DNA of 64,000 bases from Marsupella aquatica. Its lineage: Eukaryota > Plantae > Marchantiophyta. The notes under the pieces were generated by a model. That model saw only the letters and a program-made list of their open reading frames with translations. It did not search any database and had not been told where the DNA came from. Positions 23,807 through 36,407 of this stretch are shown piece by piece. Within the stretch, counting starts at the first letter, position 1, and the number at the start of each line of letters is the position of its first letter. Position numbers and translations under genes: made by a program. Location: assembly GCA_973895155.1 (NCBI GenBank), contig OZ316891.1:20720169-20784168 (forward strand). The letters run 5' to 3'.

Positions 23807-24523
23807 GTCTTAATCTCATTTATTGTTGTACAGCTCAGCTTGCAGCTTCACGAGGAAAGCTGCCTGATGACCTTTTCGGAGCGATTGCACAACTGTGTTC
23901 AAAGTCTTTTAGCCTGCGTGTTTTGTTCACTGTCTCAATCCTACTCAAAGTCAAGCATGCAGTTAATGGTTTCGTTCTTTAGCCCGGAGGTGGGTGCAGC
24001 CTGCGGTGGAAAGACCCAGGAAACCATCTGAGCACACCAATAGACGACCATGCAGTTACTGCATATCTAGGTCCACTCGACGTTATGGAGCTGTATGGAG
24101 TAGATATGATTGACTCTGTCGCAATGCATCTTGACCAGCTGCAGACAATATGAATAGGAGCAAAGATTGAAGTAATGTTTGATGTCTAGAATATCTGCTG
24201 TCCTGAGCTTTGCTCCGTCTCCCTAGTTGCTCTTGGATACTCGATCGCAAATGCTGCAATGCAAGTCTTGACGAGCTGGGGTTGAAGCCCCAAGTAGGAA
24301 CTGAACTTCAAGTCCGCAATTTTGTAAGAAGGAAATGGCACTGGTTTCTCCCAATTTTCCAGCGTCTGTGGTGATGGTGAGGTCCTTGGTACCGTGGTCT
24401 GGGGACTCTTTTCCGAGGCCTTCGAAAATAGAGCCCTGTTTTCATGATAACCATGTCTAGTATGTTCAGAATTTTTGGAATTACGTGCTTCCTTGAGATC
24501 TTTTGGCAGAAAGGCTCATTTCA

Positions 24524-25860
24524 TCAATTGTATGGCCTCGTCGGATCAGAATTCGATTCAGAAACCAACTGCTCCCGCTTCGAAGTAAACTGACCACCAC
24601 ATCATAACGAATCATGCATCAGGACAGAACCCAATTCTGAAATCAATCTTGTCTAGAGCTTGAAATTAGAAGCTAACTGGAACTCAACACACAGCGCAAT
24701 CCCCAGACTGTTTCGCTGTCACCATCTACGACACCAGCTGCTATCCAACGTCGTCACACTCTGTTGGTTCTCCCAAATCCCGAATAGATTAACTACTCAA
24801 GCCGTGAGGAAAGAGATAAAACCAGGATGTAAAAAGGAAGCCAAATTTCACCTTCTCTAGAGTCATACGCACGGCATCTCGTCCCACGACAACCAGTCTA
24901 GCAATCTGCACCAAATAAAAGCGTATTTCAGGAATTTGGAAGGGGCTCAATGAATAAAATGAGAAACCCTATCAAGAGTGCAATTGTACACAAACAATGT
25001 TCCTATTGGAATCAATATTTCTTCATGCTCCCAACCTAGCAACTTACTGAGAGTGGGAGACCTACCAAAATGACGACAAAGACTTCACGTGTTGGCAAAG
25101 TGACAAGTTGGCAAGAAGGAACGAACCGTCTCCGGGTCTTTCTCGAATTTTGCAGCCTCAAACTCTCTTCGTGCACTCAGCCTCAGCATATCCTTCCTGC
25201 ACCAGGCGCCTTGATGCTTTAGCTCCAAGCCTCCAGCTCGCAGCGGTCTATCAAATGAGACAATGAGGAACCACAAACACAGAGAGAACCTAGCTTCCTC
25301 CTCCAACCCTAGTCGCTAGGAAAAATCAAGGTTGGCTGCAGCTACGAAGCTTTCTATACCGAAGTCATGTCTCCTAAGACAGCAACCCTCGCATATTCGA
25401 CACTGTGGAATTACAGGTGGATGCAAATTTTTCTAAACACATTGCAATCACTGGGTGAGGAGTGAACGGCCCTGCTGAAGAAACTGAACATCTGTGACCC
25501 TTAAACAAATTGGATGGCCTTGCATCAGAGTGCCCTCAACAATCACAAACCCAATTGACATCAGAGCCGATTCAACCAATCTAACACAGAATGAATTCCA
25601 GCAGCGTACCAGGGGATGCCTTCCTCGTTAGCCCAAGTAAACACTCGAGTAGCACGCCAGATATCTCGGTAGAGGGACAAAACTTCACGGCGGGTGGTTG
25701 TGATACCGATGAGAGGAGACGACGTTCTGGTCGGGGCCAAGTGCTTGTCCAGAAACTCTTCCACGGGAATCTCGTCGGATGTCAACAGCCGACGGCCGCA
25801 CGCTGCTGCCGGAAGAGTCATGTTCATAATCTGGCCCCTCGCCCGCAACTTCAACCACAT
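24524..25860 (-). CDS. CIAF1: Mitochondrial LYR-motif protein, CIAF1-like complex I assembly factor, 146 aa
   Basis: Exons (minus) 25860-25610, 25196-25127, 24905-24852 and 24589-24524, GT-AG and in frame. Encodes TTRREVLSLYRDIWRATRVFTW...W-KDMLRLSARREFEAAKFEKDPET-IARLVVVGRDAV, with an Arg-rich N-terminal presequence-like start. Confidence 0.85.
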
Positions 25861-25898
25861 TTTGTGTCTTCTCTCTATCAGTGACCAGTTTAACTCAA

Positions 25899-26245
25899 AG
25901 CTTACTTCGGATTTCTGAAACCCAATGTCGACGGAAGATATCGATCTCCAGCACAGCCACCAGAAATTCACTCCGCTTTGGAAGTAGCTTACTTCTGATT
26001 TCTCAAACCCAATGTCGCCGAAAGTTATCGATCTTCAGCACAGCCACCCGAACTTCACGCCGCTTTGGAAATAGCTTACTTCTGATTTCTGAAACCCAAT
26101 ATTGTCGACGAAAGATATCGAGCGTCAGCACAGACACCACAAATTCACTCCGCTTTGGAAGTAGCTTACTTCTGATTTCTCAAACCCAATCGCCGAAAGA
26201 TATCGATCTTCAGGACCGCCACCAGAAATTCACGACGCTTTGAAG
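25899..26245. repeat. Four tandem ~87-bp units immediately upstream of the CIAF1-like start codon
   Basis: Unit 'agcttacttctgatttct(g/c)aaacccaat...aagatatcgatc..cagcacagccacc.gaa.ttcac..cgctttggaa' starts at about 25899, 25986, 26073 and 26163. Confidence 0.9.
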
Positions 26246-27342
26246 GTCGCTCAATGCACGATCCTCTGTAGAACTTCCTGTTAGATCGTCTGTCATCTCG
26301 ACTCCACTATGCAGTTGTTCACATAATTATGGGGATTTCTGGGGTCACAGCCTCTTTTCTTCCGATTGTTTGGGTTCTGCTACACACCAGATTTCTTCCG
26401 TCAACGATTTGTGTTTGGTGCACATGTCATGCCTCTCTCAGGACTCAATTGTTTGGGACACATCAGAATTACTTGCTCGAACTTCGCATCTGAACTTCCT
26501 GTATCGATGATTACTGAGAAGTGTAATGTCTCAATGAAGTTGCACAGTGCATACATCAATGTGATCAATTGCAGTCGATCTGTAAATCTCAGGTCGCTCT
26601 GTAAATCTCACAAACTGTGGAGAACAAACAGAGTAGATGGATCTCAGTCTACAATAGAAATATCTGTGTTGTTGTTTGTCTCCCAATTGAAAAAAGTATA
26701 TCCTCGATGGTGTACTTCCAAGCATGAGGTCAGTTCATATCAATTAGTGCTCCACACACAATTGCATACAAGCGAGCTCACAGTTTTAGAAGTGAGGGGC
26801 TTTACCGTGATGTGCACACAGTTTGAGAAGTGAGGGCTTCTTGAATGAATTTCAATTGGTTTTTTCAAGGCAGAAAAAGAAAGAAAGCGAGGGGCTTTAC
26901 CTCATTGTGCACACAGCAGCACGTAACTTCTAACGTCGAGCACCAATGAAGCAATCAATTCCAGGAAAGAGCACATGCTAATACACTCGGAATTGCAAGA
27001 AAAAGTGGCCAAGAGTTGTCCAATAATAGGGGATAAACCTCAAAATTTGATGGACCTTAACTTAGTAGCCGAGTTAACTTAGTAGCCTAGGTTAAGAACA
27101 GAAAAGGTAGGTTAAGGACAGAAAAGGTTATGGACTACCAATAACCCTAAACCCTGAAGTTTTTGCCATAAAGATTAGTCTCATGTCATGACCAAAACTC
27201 ACTCTAGTGGCTAGTGAGAAAACAAACAAACTTGTATACAACCCTGTGAAAAGCTGTGACCATCTGTTTATGGTCAAAAGCCATCGTCCCCAACTTTGAA
27301 GCATCAAAACACCCTAATGAATGAGTTTTGTAACCATTCTCT

Positions 27343-29564
27343 TTTTTTAATTTTTAAAAGGGGGAGCGCAGGGCCCATCAATAACACGCACAGGGACGAA
27401 AGCCACCCAGAAGAAAACAAAGGGGCCCAACACCCGGGCCAGAGACCCCAGAAAAACCAACCCTAGTCAGGCCAGAGAGCCCAACACCACCACCACAGAT
27501 TCTCCACCCTGGAGATCCTGGAATGCAGCAAACTACACTTCTCCTTTCCATCTCTATGAATCCTATGTTTTCTCGTATTACCCCTAAGATGACACTTATC
27601 ATTGGTGTCCTCATTGAGAGGCTTCCAGTCATGATTACTCTCCTGGCTACTACCCCTCTTGTGATTCTCGCTCTTGCGAGCGCAATGCCAACCAATATGT
27701 CCTGCACACTTAAGGTGTTGGCTACAAACACAAAAAAAACATCCTGTCAGTCATCATTATCGGATGCAGATTGAACGTGGGCTCTCCACAGTCTCCCAGG
27801 GTTGGAGAACCACTTGGAGTTGACTGATAGCTTTCCTCAGTTGTCTCCATTTGTTTTCTGATCTGTTGACATCAAGCATGGCAAGAAGATGCTTGGCGGT
27901 TTGCCGTAATACCACCCATCCCGGGAGTCTCCCCAGGAATTGTGTGTATGTGGCAGTGTTTCTCGCCTTCCAAATGCTTGAGCACATCTCCGTAATTAAA
28001 ACAAGGGGGCCAGGTCTCCTCTTGTGCCTCTTGATAGCAGTATAGATGTTATCATAAAGGGATCTTGTGTCAATCTGCATCGCGTCCAACCCTTGCAATA
28101 GAGTGCGCACCTCTCTCCACCGGTTTTGAACCGTGCTGCAGCTGAAAAACATATGTTCAGTAGTTTTGAGTTGCAGCTTGCATTTCGTGCACTGTCCGTC
28201 AAACACTCCTCAAGTGTGAGCCCTTCTATTGTTGACAAAACCGTGGTGTAGCAGCCTCCACATGTAGAACCTCACTTTCAGGAAAGACCATCCTCTCCAA
28301 ATTTTGCTCCAAATCTGCTTCCATTGATGAAGAGTATTGGTCTGTCCCCATTGTCGGTTAAGTTTTGTAACATCAATCATAGGCTTTACTTCGCATTGTC
28401 TCCAAGTTTTGATAGGAAAGGTCCACCCTCTGTTCATGCCCTTCCAATCCCACACCCATCTGCTGCAGCTTTGTAGGTTTGAGGGGGAAGGGCCAGATCC
28501 CTGTCTCAGTTGTCTATAAAATTCACGGAACGCAACATCTCCAGTCTGTTGCTATGAATGGTTTGAAGGATATCCGCCGTATTAGTCCACTCTCCTTGTT
28601 TTGTCTTGAGATCCCTGAGGTTCTTGATGGCTCGATTGGCAAGGAACAGTCTTAGATCAATATCTTCTTGCTCCGTCATGTCCCCGTCCCATAGGAAAAG
28701 TAGCACGGTCCGTTTGATGGACAGGTGATTTGGCAGTATGCTAACCCCAAAATGGAATTTCAGAAACCTACTCTTCTCAAACCACCCATTAATCAGATCT
28801 TGCAAAGTTGGTGACCTTTGTATTGTCATCCTGTTGCTCAACAGGATAGCTTCCATGGGTGTCCACCGCCTTCGTTCTTTTTTGCCAGCCCCAAAATTCA
28901 ATCCTTTGTGAATGATCTCGTTCGCCATTTGCACCCAATCCCGGTTCTCTCCTGTGAAAATCTTAGAGATATATCTTATCTTGAGCAGCTTGGCTTGTTC
29001 CTGAAAGGCCAGCAATCCCAGACCCCCTTCTCCTTTATGTCAGTAATTACCTGCCAGGCGATCAACACTTTCTTGTATGCGTTGTGGTCTCCCTTTCCCC
29101 ACAGAAACCCTCTGTAGATTTTTTCCATTTCCTTGTATCCAATCTTGTACAACACCATCGACGTAAGGTGGTAGGTAGGGATAGTACGCAGAACGTGCTT
29201 GAGAAGGACAGATCTCCCCGCCATCGTCAAGCTTATGTTAGTCCAGTGATTCAGCCGACCTCTTAACTTCCCCAACAAAAAAGCGGCTTCGTGAGATGGA
29301 CACATTTTAAATCCAATTGGGCAACCAAGATACTCAGTGAGTTCGCCTATTCTTGCGATCTTGCACCCAGTGCTGTGCAGCCAGTTCGGGTACAACCCTT
29401 CTGGGAGGTAAATAGGTATAATCTTTGATTTCTGCAAGTTCAGTAGAGCACCTGAAATGTTCTCGCACTGTTGGACCACCTCTCTAGCTGTCCGGAATTC
29501 ATTTTCAGTTGTAGCGAGGAAAAGACCAGTGTCGTCAGCAAAAAGTTGGTGGCACAGGCTGTCC
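27343..29564 (-). mobile_element. 5'-truncated, frameshifted L1-like LINE (RT C-terminus plus zf-RVT)
   Basis: 15-bp TSD TTGTAACCATTCTCT (27328-27342 and 29565-29579) and an A-rich tail. Peptides HQLFADDTGLF, SGALLNLQKS, EYLGCPIG, GRSVLLKHVL and CTKC...TTEHMFFSC. Confidence 0.93.
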
Positions 29565-30299
29565 TTGTAACCATTCTCTAAACTATGGGGTACCCAATAG
29601 GTATTTTCATATTATGTTGACCAAAAAGTTTATGAAGTGCAAAAAGTAAATAACCTGTTATAATAATTAAAATCAAGATTAGAATATTGCTAGAATAGTA
29701 CGTTTATAAAAGGGGTATTTGTTAGGTTAGGATTGCAAGTGGTATCTAAAACATACACTAAAGGAGTCCTTTTAGTCTAGTCTGAGCCTTGTTCATACCT
29801 AAATGTATTTTGCAATCAAAGTCTACCATTCATGACCTACTCGGAGTGTAAAGCCATATCTAAATTTATATGGTAACATAAATTCTTGACATTGACAGTA
29901 GTCTTGTGAATAGTGATGGGTATTGGGAGCCTTTCCTGTGCATACACATTGGTATTTGGGCTAATATTTTGAATGTCTGGCAGCTGAAAATATGCCCAGG
30001 GAGTTTACATATGTGCAGGAACCTTTTATTATGTACTCCTGGGTATATGTTCTCATTTATGTTAATGGTTTTATATAGGATAAGTGCAGATTGTGATCAA
30101 AGGGTTTCAACTAAGTGAAACGTGCATGTATTTGACATGTGATTCTCTTCTTAGGTCACACACTAAAGTCCTCATACCCGAAACTCTTGTACAGGCCCTT
30201 TTGAAATGGATAAATTAAGTGCTTCTAAATACTCTATATGATTTAAACCAGGCTCTTACAGATAAGTGCCAGTCGGAACCAGGGTCTGAACCTATTATT

Positions 30300-31060
30300 A
30301 ATGAAAACATATTGTATATAATGTGCACCAAAGATAGATGCATGTGTACTCCGACTTATAAACAAACTGCATCTATGTATTTGTCTTTTATTGAGGGTCA
30401 ACATGCACTTATGCAAACTGCATTTGGTAGTTCATTTACAAAGAAAATGGCATAATGTTAGGGGACTACATGCCTGGCCCAAACTCAACCATGGAGTGCC
30501 GTTATAGACGGTGCACTTAGACTAGGGGGACTGTAGAGTGAATCGTGTCTAAGTGCAGGCTCCGTGGAAGACACCACCAGCCAGCACCTATCCACAGAAT
30601 GCACTATGCTATAAGTGCATGAGACATCATTTATGCACTTCTCCATATGTGCATAGTCTGCACTATCTAATAAGTGCATGGGAAATCACTTATGCACGTC
30701 CCTGTTGTGCTGCCAGGTCACACACATCGGACTCCTCGTACCCTGAGCCGTCCTATAGCATATTTCAACTGGATAAGTCCATGAATCTACTTTAGTAGTT
30801 GTTTGCTCCACTTATCTATAAATGCATCTCCTCTATGCATTGCAGTAATTGATAAATGCATGTATACACTTATCGACAGAAATGCACTTATGTATTAGTG
30901 CCATATTTTGTCTTTTAGTGAGGGCCTACCCGCACTTATGTAAACTGCATTTTCTGTTGCATTTAGGAAGAAAATTCTTATCATTTTAGGGGAAAACATG
31001 CTTGGCCTCCACTAATCCACATAATGCACTTATCCCCCTCCACTTATACACGGTTCACTG
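30300..31060 (-). mobile_element. Second copy of the ATAAGTGCA-rich Tc1/mariner-like transposon end
   Basis: Ends ...CACTTATACACGGTTCACTG|TA (reverse complement TA|CAGTGAACCGTGTATAAGTG), with many TGCACTTAT copies. Homologous to 9961-10450. The left boundary is approximate. Confidence 0.5.
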
Positions 31061-31175
31061 TACATTGCAAAGCAGAAACGAAAAATCAGGCTAAAGCTAT
31101 AGGATATACATTTTTTTCATGAAACTGGGTTAACTTACTCCACGAGTATAGACTTGCAATGGAACCGAGCCGCCA

Positions 31176-31192
31176 AGGGTTTAGGGTTTAGG
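31176..31192. promoter_or_regulatory. Telo-box (short interstitial telomeric repeat) upstream of the RNA helicase gene
   Basis: AGGGTTTAGGGTTTAGG about 340 bp before the ATG. Telo-boxes are typical of plant ribosome-biogenesis and translation gene promoters. Confidence 0.55.
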
Positions 31193-31531
31193 ATTCCTCG
31201 AATCCTCTCCAGACGCTTTCTTTCTGGAATGGCCAAATTCAACAGCTCCACAAATTTTGCGCTTGGAAGAGAAGACAGGACCAACGCGAATCCTCAACTA
31301 CGTGATTGTGTTACATCACATTGACACACTGCTATCAAAATTCCCTTCTCGACATGCTTGGATCGGGTCGGAACTGGAGACCACGAGATTTCGAGTTCCT
31401 TGATGTGGAACCTTGTCTCTCACTCACAGAGATTGAGGACCTCGAAGCAAATTGAGACCAGACGAGTTTTCTAGTTATTCTGGAAGACAACAGAACTGTT
31501 GCGCTTGAATGACCTGATTTTGATTTTCGAC

Positions 31532-34500
31532 ATGAAGAAGCAAGTTGCAGCTCGTGGTGAGGGCTTTAAGCTGCGGAAGAAGCCGCGTGGGATAGGCCTT
31601 AAAGGACCGGCACACGATGAGGAGAAAGATGACCAGGAACTGTTGGAATCGAAGACCGGGATGGCTGCTGAGGATTCTTCTCGGAGCAAGACCTTTTCAG
31701 CTGGTCGATTTCACGACTTGGGTCTAGCGGAGACTGTGGCTAACCACCTGCACGGTGAGCGGCCCTTCCCTTCTCTACCTTAAACCCGTTCTCATTTACT
31801 TTACTCTCCCGAAGCAGAGAAAATGGATGAACTGTCAAGTGTGGAGCCAGATGGCGTTAGTAGTTTGTGCTTTTTCAGATGGCTTCACACCTTCCTCTGC
31901 ATGCCATCTCCGAAACAGCAAATTCAGATTGACTGACTGTCCACCACGGCAGGCTCTAGCATTATTTCTGATGGTCACAGTAAAATCAAATTGTGCCCCG
32001 TAGGCTGATTTATTGTCTGTTTGAATTTCAGGTCGCATGGGTTTCACAGCACCAACTCACATTCAGAAGGAGGCAATTCCTGTCATTCTTTCCGGAAAGG
32101 ATGTGTATCCTGTCAATTGACTGAATTTTGTTAATTGCCTCTCTTAATTTTCTTAATTCTCTCTCTTTTCTTTTGTGGTAAAGTTCGGCAATTTTAAGCC
32201 TCGCCTGGTGTCTGCCAACTTGTTGCCCTTGATAAGACTCAAGATAGACTGGTAAATGCGGGAACAGGAACTGGCAAGACGTTGGTGTATCTTGCACCGA
32301 TTGTGAATGCTCTACAGGGCAATAAGAAACGGATTAACCGCACAGATGGCACTTATGGTAGGTCAATCATGAATTGACTGTGAAACATTTTCCTCAAGGT
32401 TTAATGTCATTAATGTGATTCCGTTCCGTCAGGTAGTCCGACCTGATCGTATCTTACAATCTCTTTCCCGGCATAAACTGAGAACGTAGACATTTGGTCA
32501 GACAGTGCACTCAGAGATAACTCAAGTCGCATAACGCATATAATCTATGAGATATGTGCTGAAGGTTAGAGTAATCCATCCGTGTTTAGGCAATGAGCAT
32601 GTTATAGGTCATTCAGTGTTTTGTTTTGGTAACTTTCCAAAGCTGACACGACGAAAGTGCAGCTTTGGTGCTGGTTCCAACACGGGAATTATGTGTACAG
32701 GTTTTCTCCGTAGTGGAAAAGCTAGTGCATCGTTTCATTTGGCTAGTCCCTGGATCGCTTATGGGGGGCGAAAACCGTGCAAAAGAAAAGGCACGTCTTC
32801 GCAAAGGTGGGTTTTTAATACTGTTGGTCGAGTTAGATTCTGTTAGCGATTCCTCCTGACCATTCAGTCGGATTTCCGTTTGAAAAAACATTTCTGTCAA
32901 ATTTGTTTTCTCTCTTCGCAGCCGAATAGCTGCTTAGGGGAATCCGTCGTCATTTGCTTTCACAAACCATTCTCAAAGGGCATATTTTTCGATTGTTTTT
33001 CAGATTGATATAAGAAAGATTGCGGCACCTTCACTACAATATGCATTCGACTTTGTTGCATATCCTGATCGTGTGGCTTATTTTGTTTTGATTCAATGTT
33101 TGTGATGGGTTTTTATTTCAGGTGTCACTATTCTCATCGCAACTCCGGGTCGTCTGTTGGATCATTTAAAAAACACCAATTCATTCAAGCTTGACAATCT
33201 GAAATGGCTGGTATTTGATGAGGCTGATAGGTGAGACTTTATGCCTAACAGTTGTGAAATCTGAGTGTGGAATGGACTCCATTTTAATGTTCATCAAGCC
33301 AGCATCTTCTTCCTCAGATTGCTTAGATGGAAGAATGGCAATGCGGGTAAAGGGGAAGAATGGCCATGCTGGGTTCAGACGCTATAATTTTGGAGAATGG
33401 TTTGTAATATGATTGATACTTGTAGTTTCTGGGAACTTTTATGCTAGTTTTGTGTGGAGAATGTGTCTTTGCCCCAGGTTCAGCAAAACCGTTTATTATG
33501 CTATTGTAGTACGTTATAGAGTTGTCGTATGTGGCCACAAGGACTTAAGTGGTTGCATGGTTTCATCAGCACATTCTGAGAGATAGCGAACATTACTTAT
33601 TCAACGTTATATTGATACACAGATTGCTGGACATGGGTTTTGAGAAAGACGTACAGAGTATTTTGTCGTTGTTGGATTCCCGACAATCTACACCCAATCC
33701 CGGCAGCAGTATTGGTTCCGTCCAGCACAATGATGGAAGACAAAATATTCTGCTGTCTGCAACTCTGAACGAGCATGTGAATCAACTTGCCCAACTCAGT
33801 CTCAGAGATCCTATTACTGTAGGGCTCCACACAAGAGAAACCAATGGACAAAGTGAAAGCAGAGAGACATCAGGCAAACTAAAAAACCATAACGATGATA
33901 TAGACCAACACGACGAAGAAGGCATTTCTGATGGACAGGCTGACTATAATATACCTTCACAGTTGAAGCAGTGCTACTACAAAGGTATGTAATCTTTTTG
34001 ATGAACCCCTGTAATGATTGATGGAAAAATGAAATTTTTGGTTAGCTGTCTCAGGTTCCATTCCAAGCTTGGGAAACTTAGATATGTAGGCCGATGGTCG
34101 AGAGAACGATGCTCCCTGAGTTCTTGTGTCCGGTCAAACAATTGCAAGTGATGGATTTGAAAAGGTGTTAGATCGAAGGACATCAAGTTGGAGTAGTGGG
34201 TTATTGACAGAACATCAGAAAGTAGAGCTTAAGTGTTTATCTTCTAAAAGGAACTGCTTTGCGGGAGCGAACTGTACGAACAGTAATCTCTCTGCCGTGC
34301 GGGTTTGTCAATGAGGGTCTTTACAATGCAGGAACAAGTATGTGCTTGAATACTGATAAATTTCCTGGTGGTTGGTTGTCACATGTTTTATATCTGATAA
34401 TGGATTGTTTATTATCATGTAGTTCCATCCAAACTCAGACTCATAGCACTACTAGCCCTTCTACGACAAAGATCCCAAAATTCAGGCACAGGCAAGGTAT

Positions 34501-36407
34501 GCACTGAAAATCCATTGATCACGCCATTGATGATTTGGAAGAGCTTCAACAAGTTTTGGTCATGTCATCTAGTTGAGAATTGATGCAGAGAATATATTTG
34601 GTGAAAGGAAAACTGAGCTGTGTGGGTCAATGGTAGGGTCAGTTTTAGAGGGCACCTTGAGACCTATATGATTTAAATTACTGTGTCAATTTACTGTACG
34701 TGGTCATTGTCGTAAGACCCATCTCTCCCTGAAGCAGCTGTCCCCATCCTTTAGCATTTTGTCAGTGCTGCTGTTGCTTGGCATATTGGGCACATCCTTT
34801 CTATTTCACTCTGGGAAACATTTAGTGGCTCTGTGTACTTATGGAATGGCTCTGGTGTTCTTCCTGCAGCTGGTTGTATTTCTATCAACATGTGATGCCG
34901 TCGACTTCCATTTTTCACTGCTCCAAGAGTTCCATATGCCGACGGGCATGAATATAAGGACCCACAAAGGTGAAGCATTTCTGGAGTCCAAGGTTTTCCG
35001 ACTACATGGGAATATGCTGCAAAAGGATCGCATTGAAACTTTTCAGAAATTCGGCCAAGCATCAGCTGCTGTGTTAGTGTGCACAGATGTTGCATCTAGA
35101 GGGTTAGATTTCAAGGGTGTCACCTGCATCGTGCAATACGACCCCCCTGGAGATGCTGCAGAATATGTGCATCGGTGAGTCGCATGAATTAACCGGCATC
35201 TGTAGTTGAAGCCCATGATCAATTGAGACAACTGCTCTTTTTTGGACTTCTGTTGCTTGTAATCTGTACAAAGGCATCGTAAGTAAATATGTTGACGATG
35301 GATATGAGAAACTTCCGAAGGCTTTTTACAAAAAGCCAGTCTACTTCCTTTTTGTGAGATGTTTGCAATACTCTCAGGACGTAATATCACCAAGACTCGA
35401 TGTAGTCGCTGTCTGCAACGAAAGAGGTTGTGCTTTTACTAATCGTTTTGCTATGTTCGTTTATGGTCAATATTTCAGTGTGGGAAGGACAGCACGACTT
35501 GGTCAGGAAGGTGAAGCCATCTTGTTCTTGCAACCTTGTGAAATAGACTATCTGAATGTGCTGCAGAAGCACAGTGTCACTTTGAAGGAGCTTCCTCTTC
35601 GGAAACTGTTGGATGTTCTGCCCACGGATCGTAAACGCAAGCAATCCGATGATTTTACTGCTCTAGAGACGCATCCAGTTGCGTCTTATATGCATCTGGC
35701 ACTGGAGACTTTCGTTTCTAAGGTAAGTACTTGCTACTTGATGGCAAACCTCATACAGTTGCCAGGGATCTAGTGTTGTCTTTGTGACTTAAGTGATATG
35801 ATGGAAGGGAAAAGCTCATTTATCCATTATTGGCTGGAAGAGTATGGCATCTTTGGCTAAAGCAAATACATTAATATTTCTCCCACAAACTGGCCTGGAT
35901 GGCCTTCAGCTGGACCAAAGCTAACAACTCCGCAGTTCTTTGCTTTCCAGTGGGATGCTCTTCTTAGAATTAGAGATAATGGCGTGTCGTAAACTTTGGT
36001 AAGATTTGAATCGGGTGAAGACACAAGAGATATTTTTGGTGCTTGCACATATCTAAAAGACTAACTTCGATCACTCTTCATGTGTAATTTTTTATTTTAA
36101 CTTGTGTTCCTTGTGAATTTATTAGAAGGAGAGAAATGCTGTGGCTGCAAAAGCATTCGGGTCTTACGTCCGTGCATACTCTGCACACAAGGCAGAGTTG
36201 AAACCGATATTTCAGGTCCACAAATTGCATCTTGGGCATGTTGCAAAGAGTTTTGGATTGAATTCAGCACCGTCTGTGCTTGGAAAGATGGGGAAAAGGG
36301 CACCCAAGAGTAAGGAGCAGCTGAGAACACAGTACGCTAAAGATTCAAACGTACAGGGAGGTATTAAGAAGAAGCAGCGGCTGCATGCTGCCATCATGGG
36401 GGAGTAG
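31532..36407 (+). CDS. RH17: DEAD-box RNA helicase RH17 / DDX31 / Dbp7 (60S biogenesis)
   Basis: Ten exons: 31532-31754, 32032-32104, 32248-32357, 32663-32806, 33122-33230, 33623-33984, 34423-34496, 34870-35174, 35479-35722 and 36126-36407. Motifs: Q-motif [83 protein letters not shown]. Confidence 0.95.
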
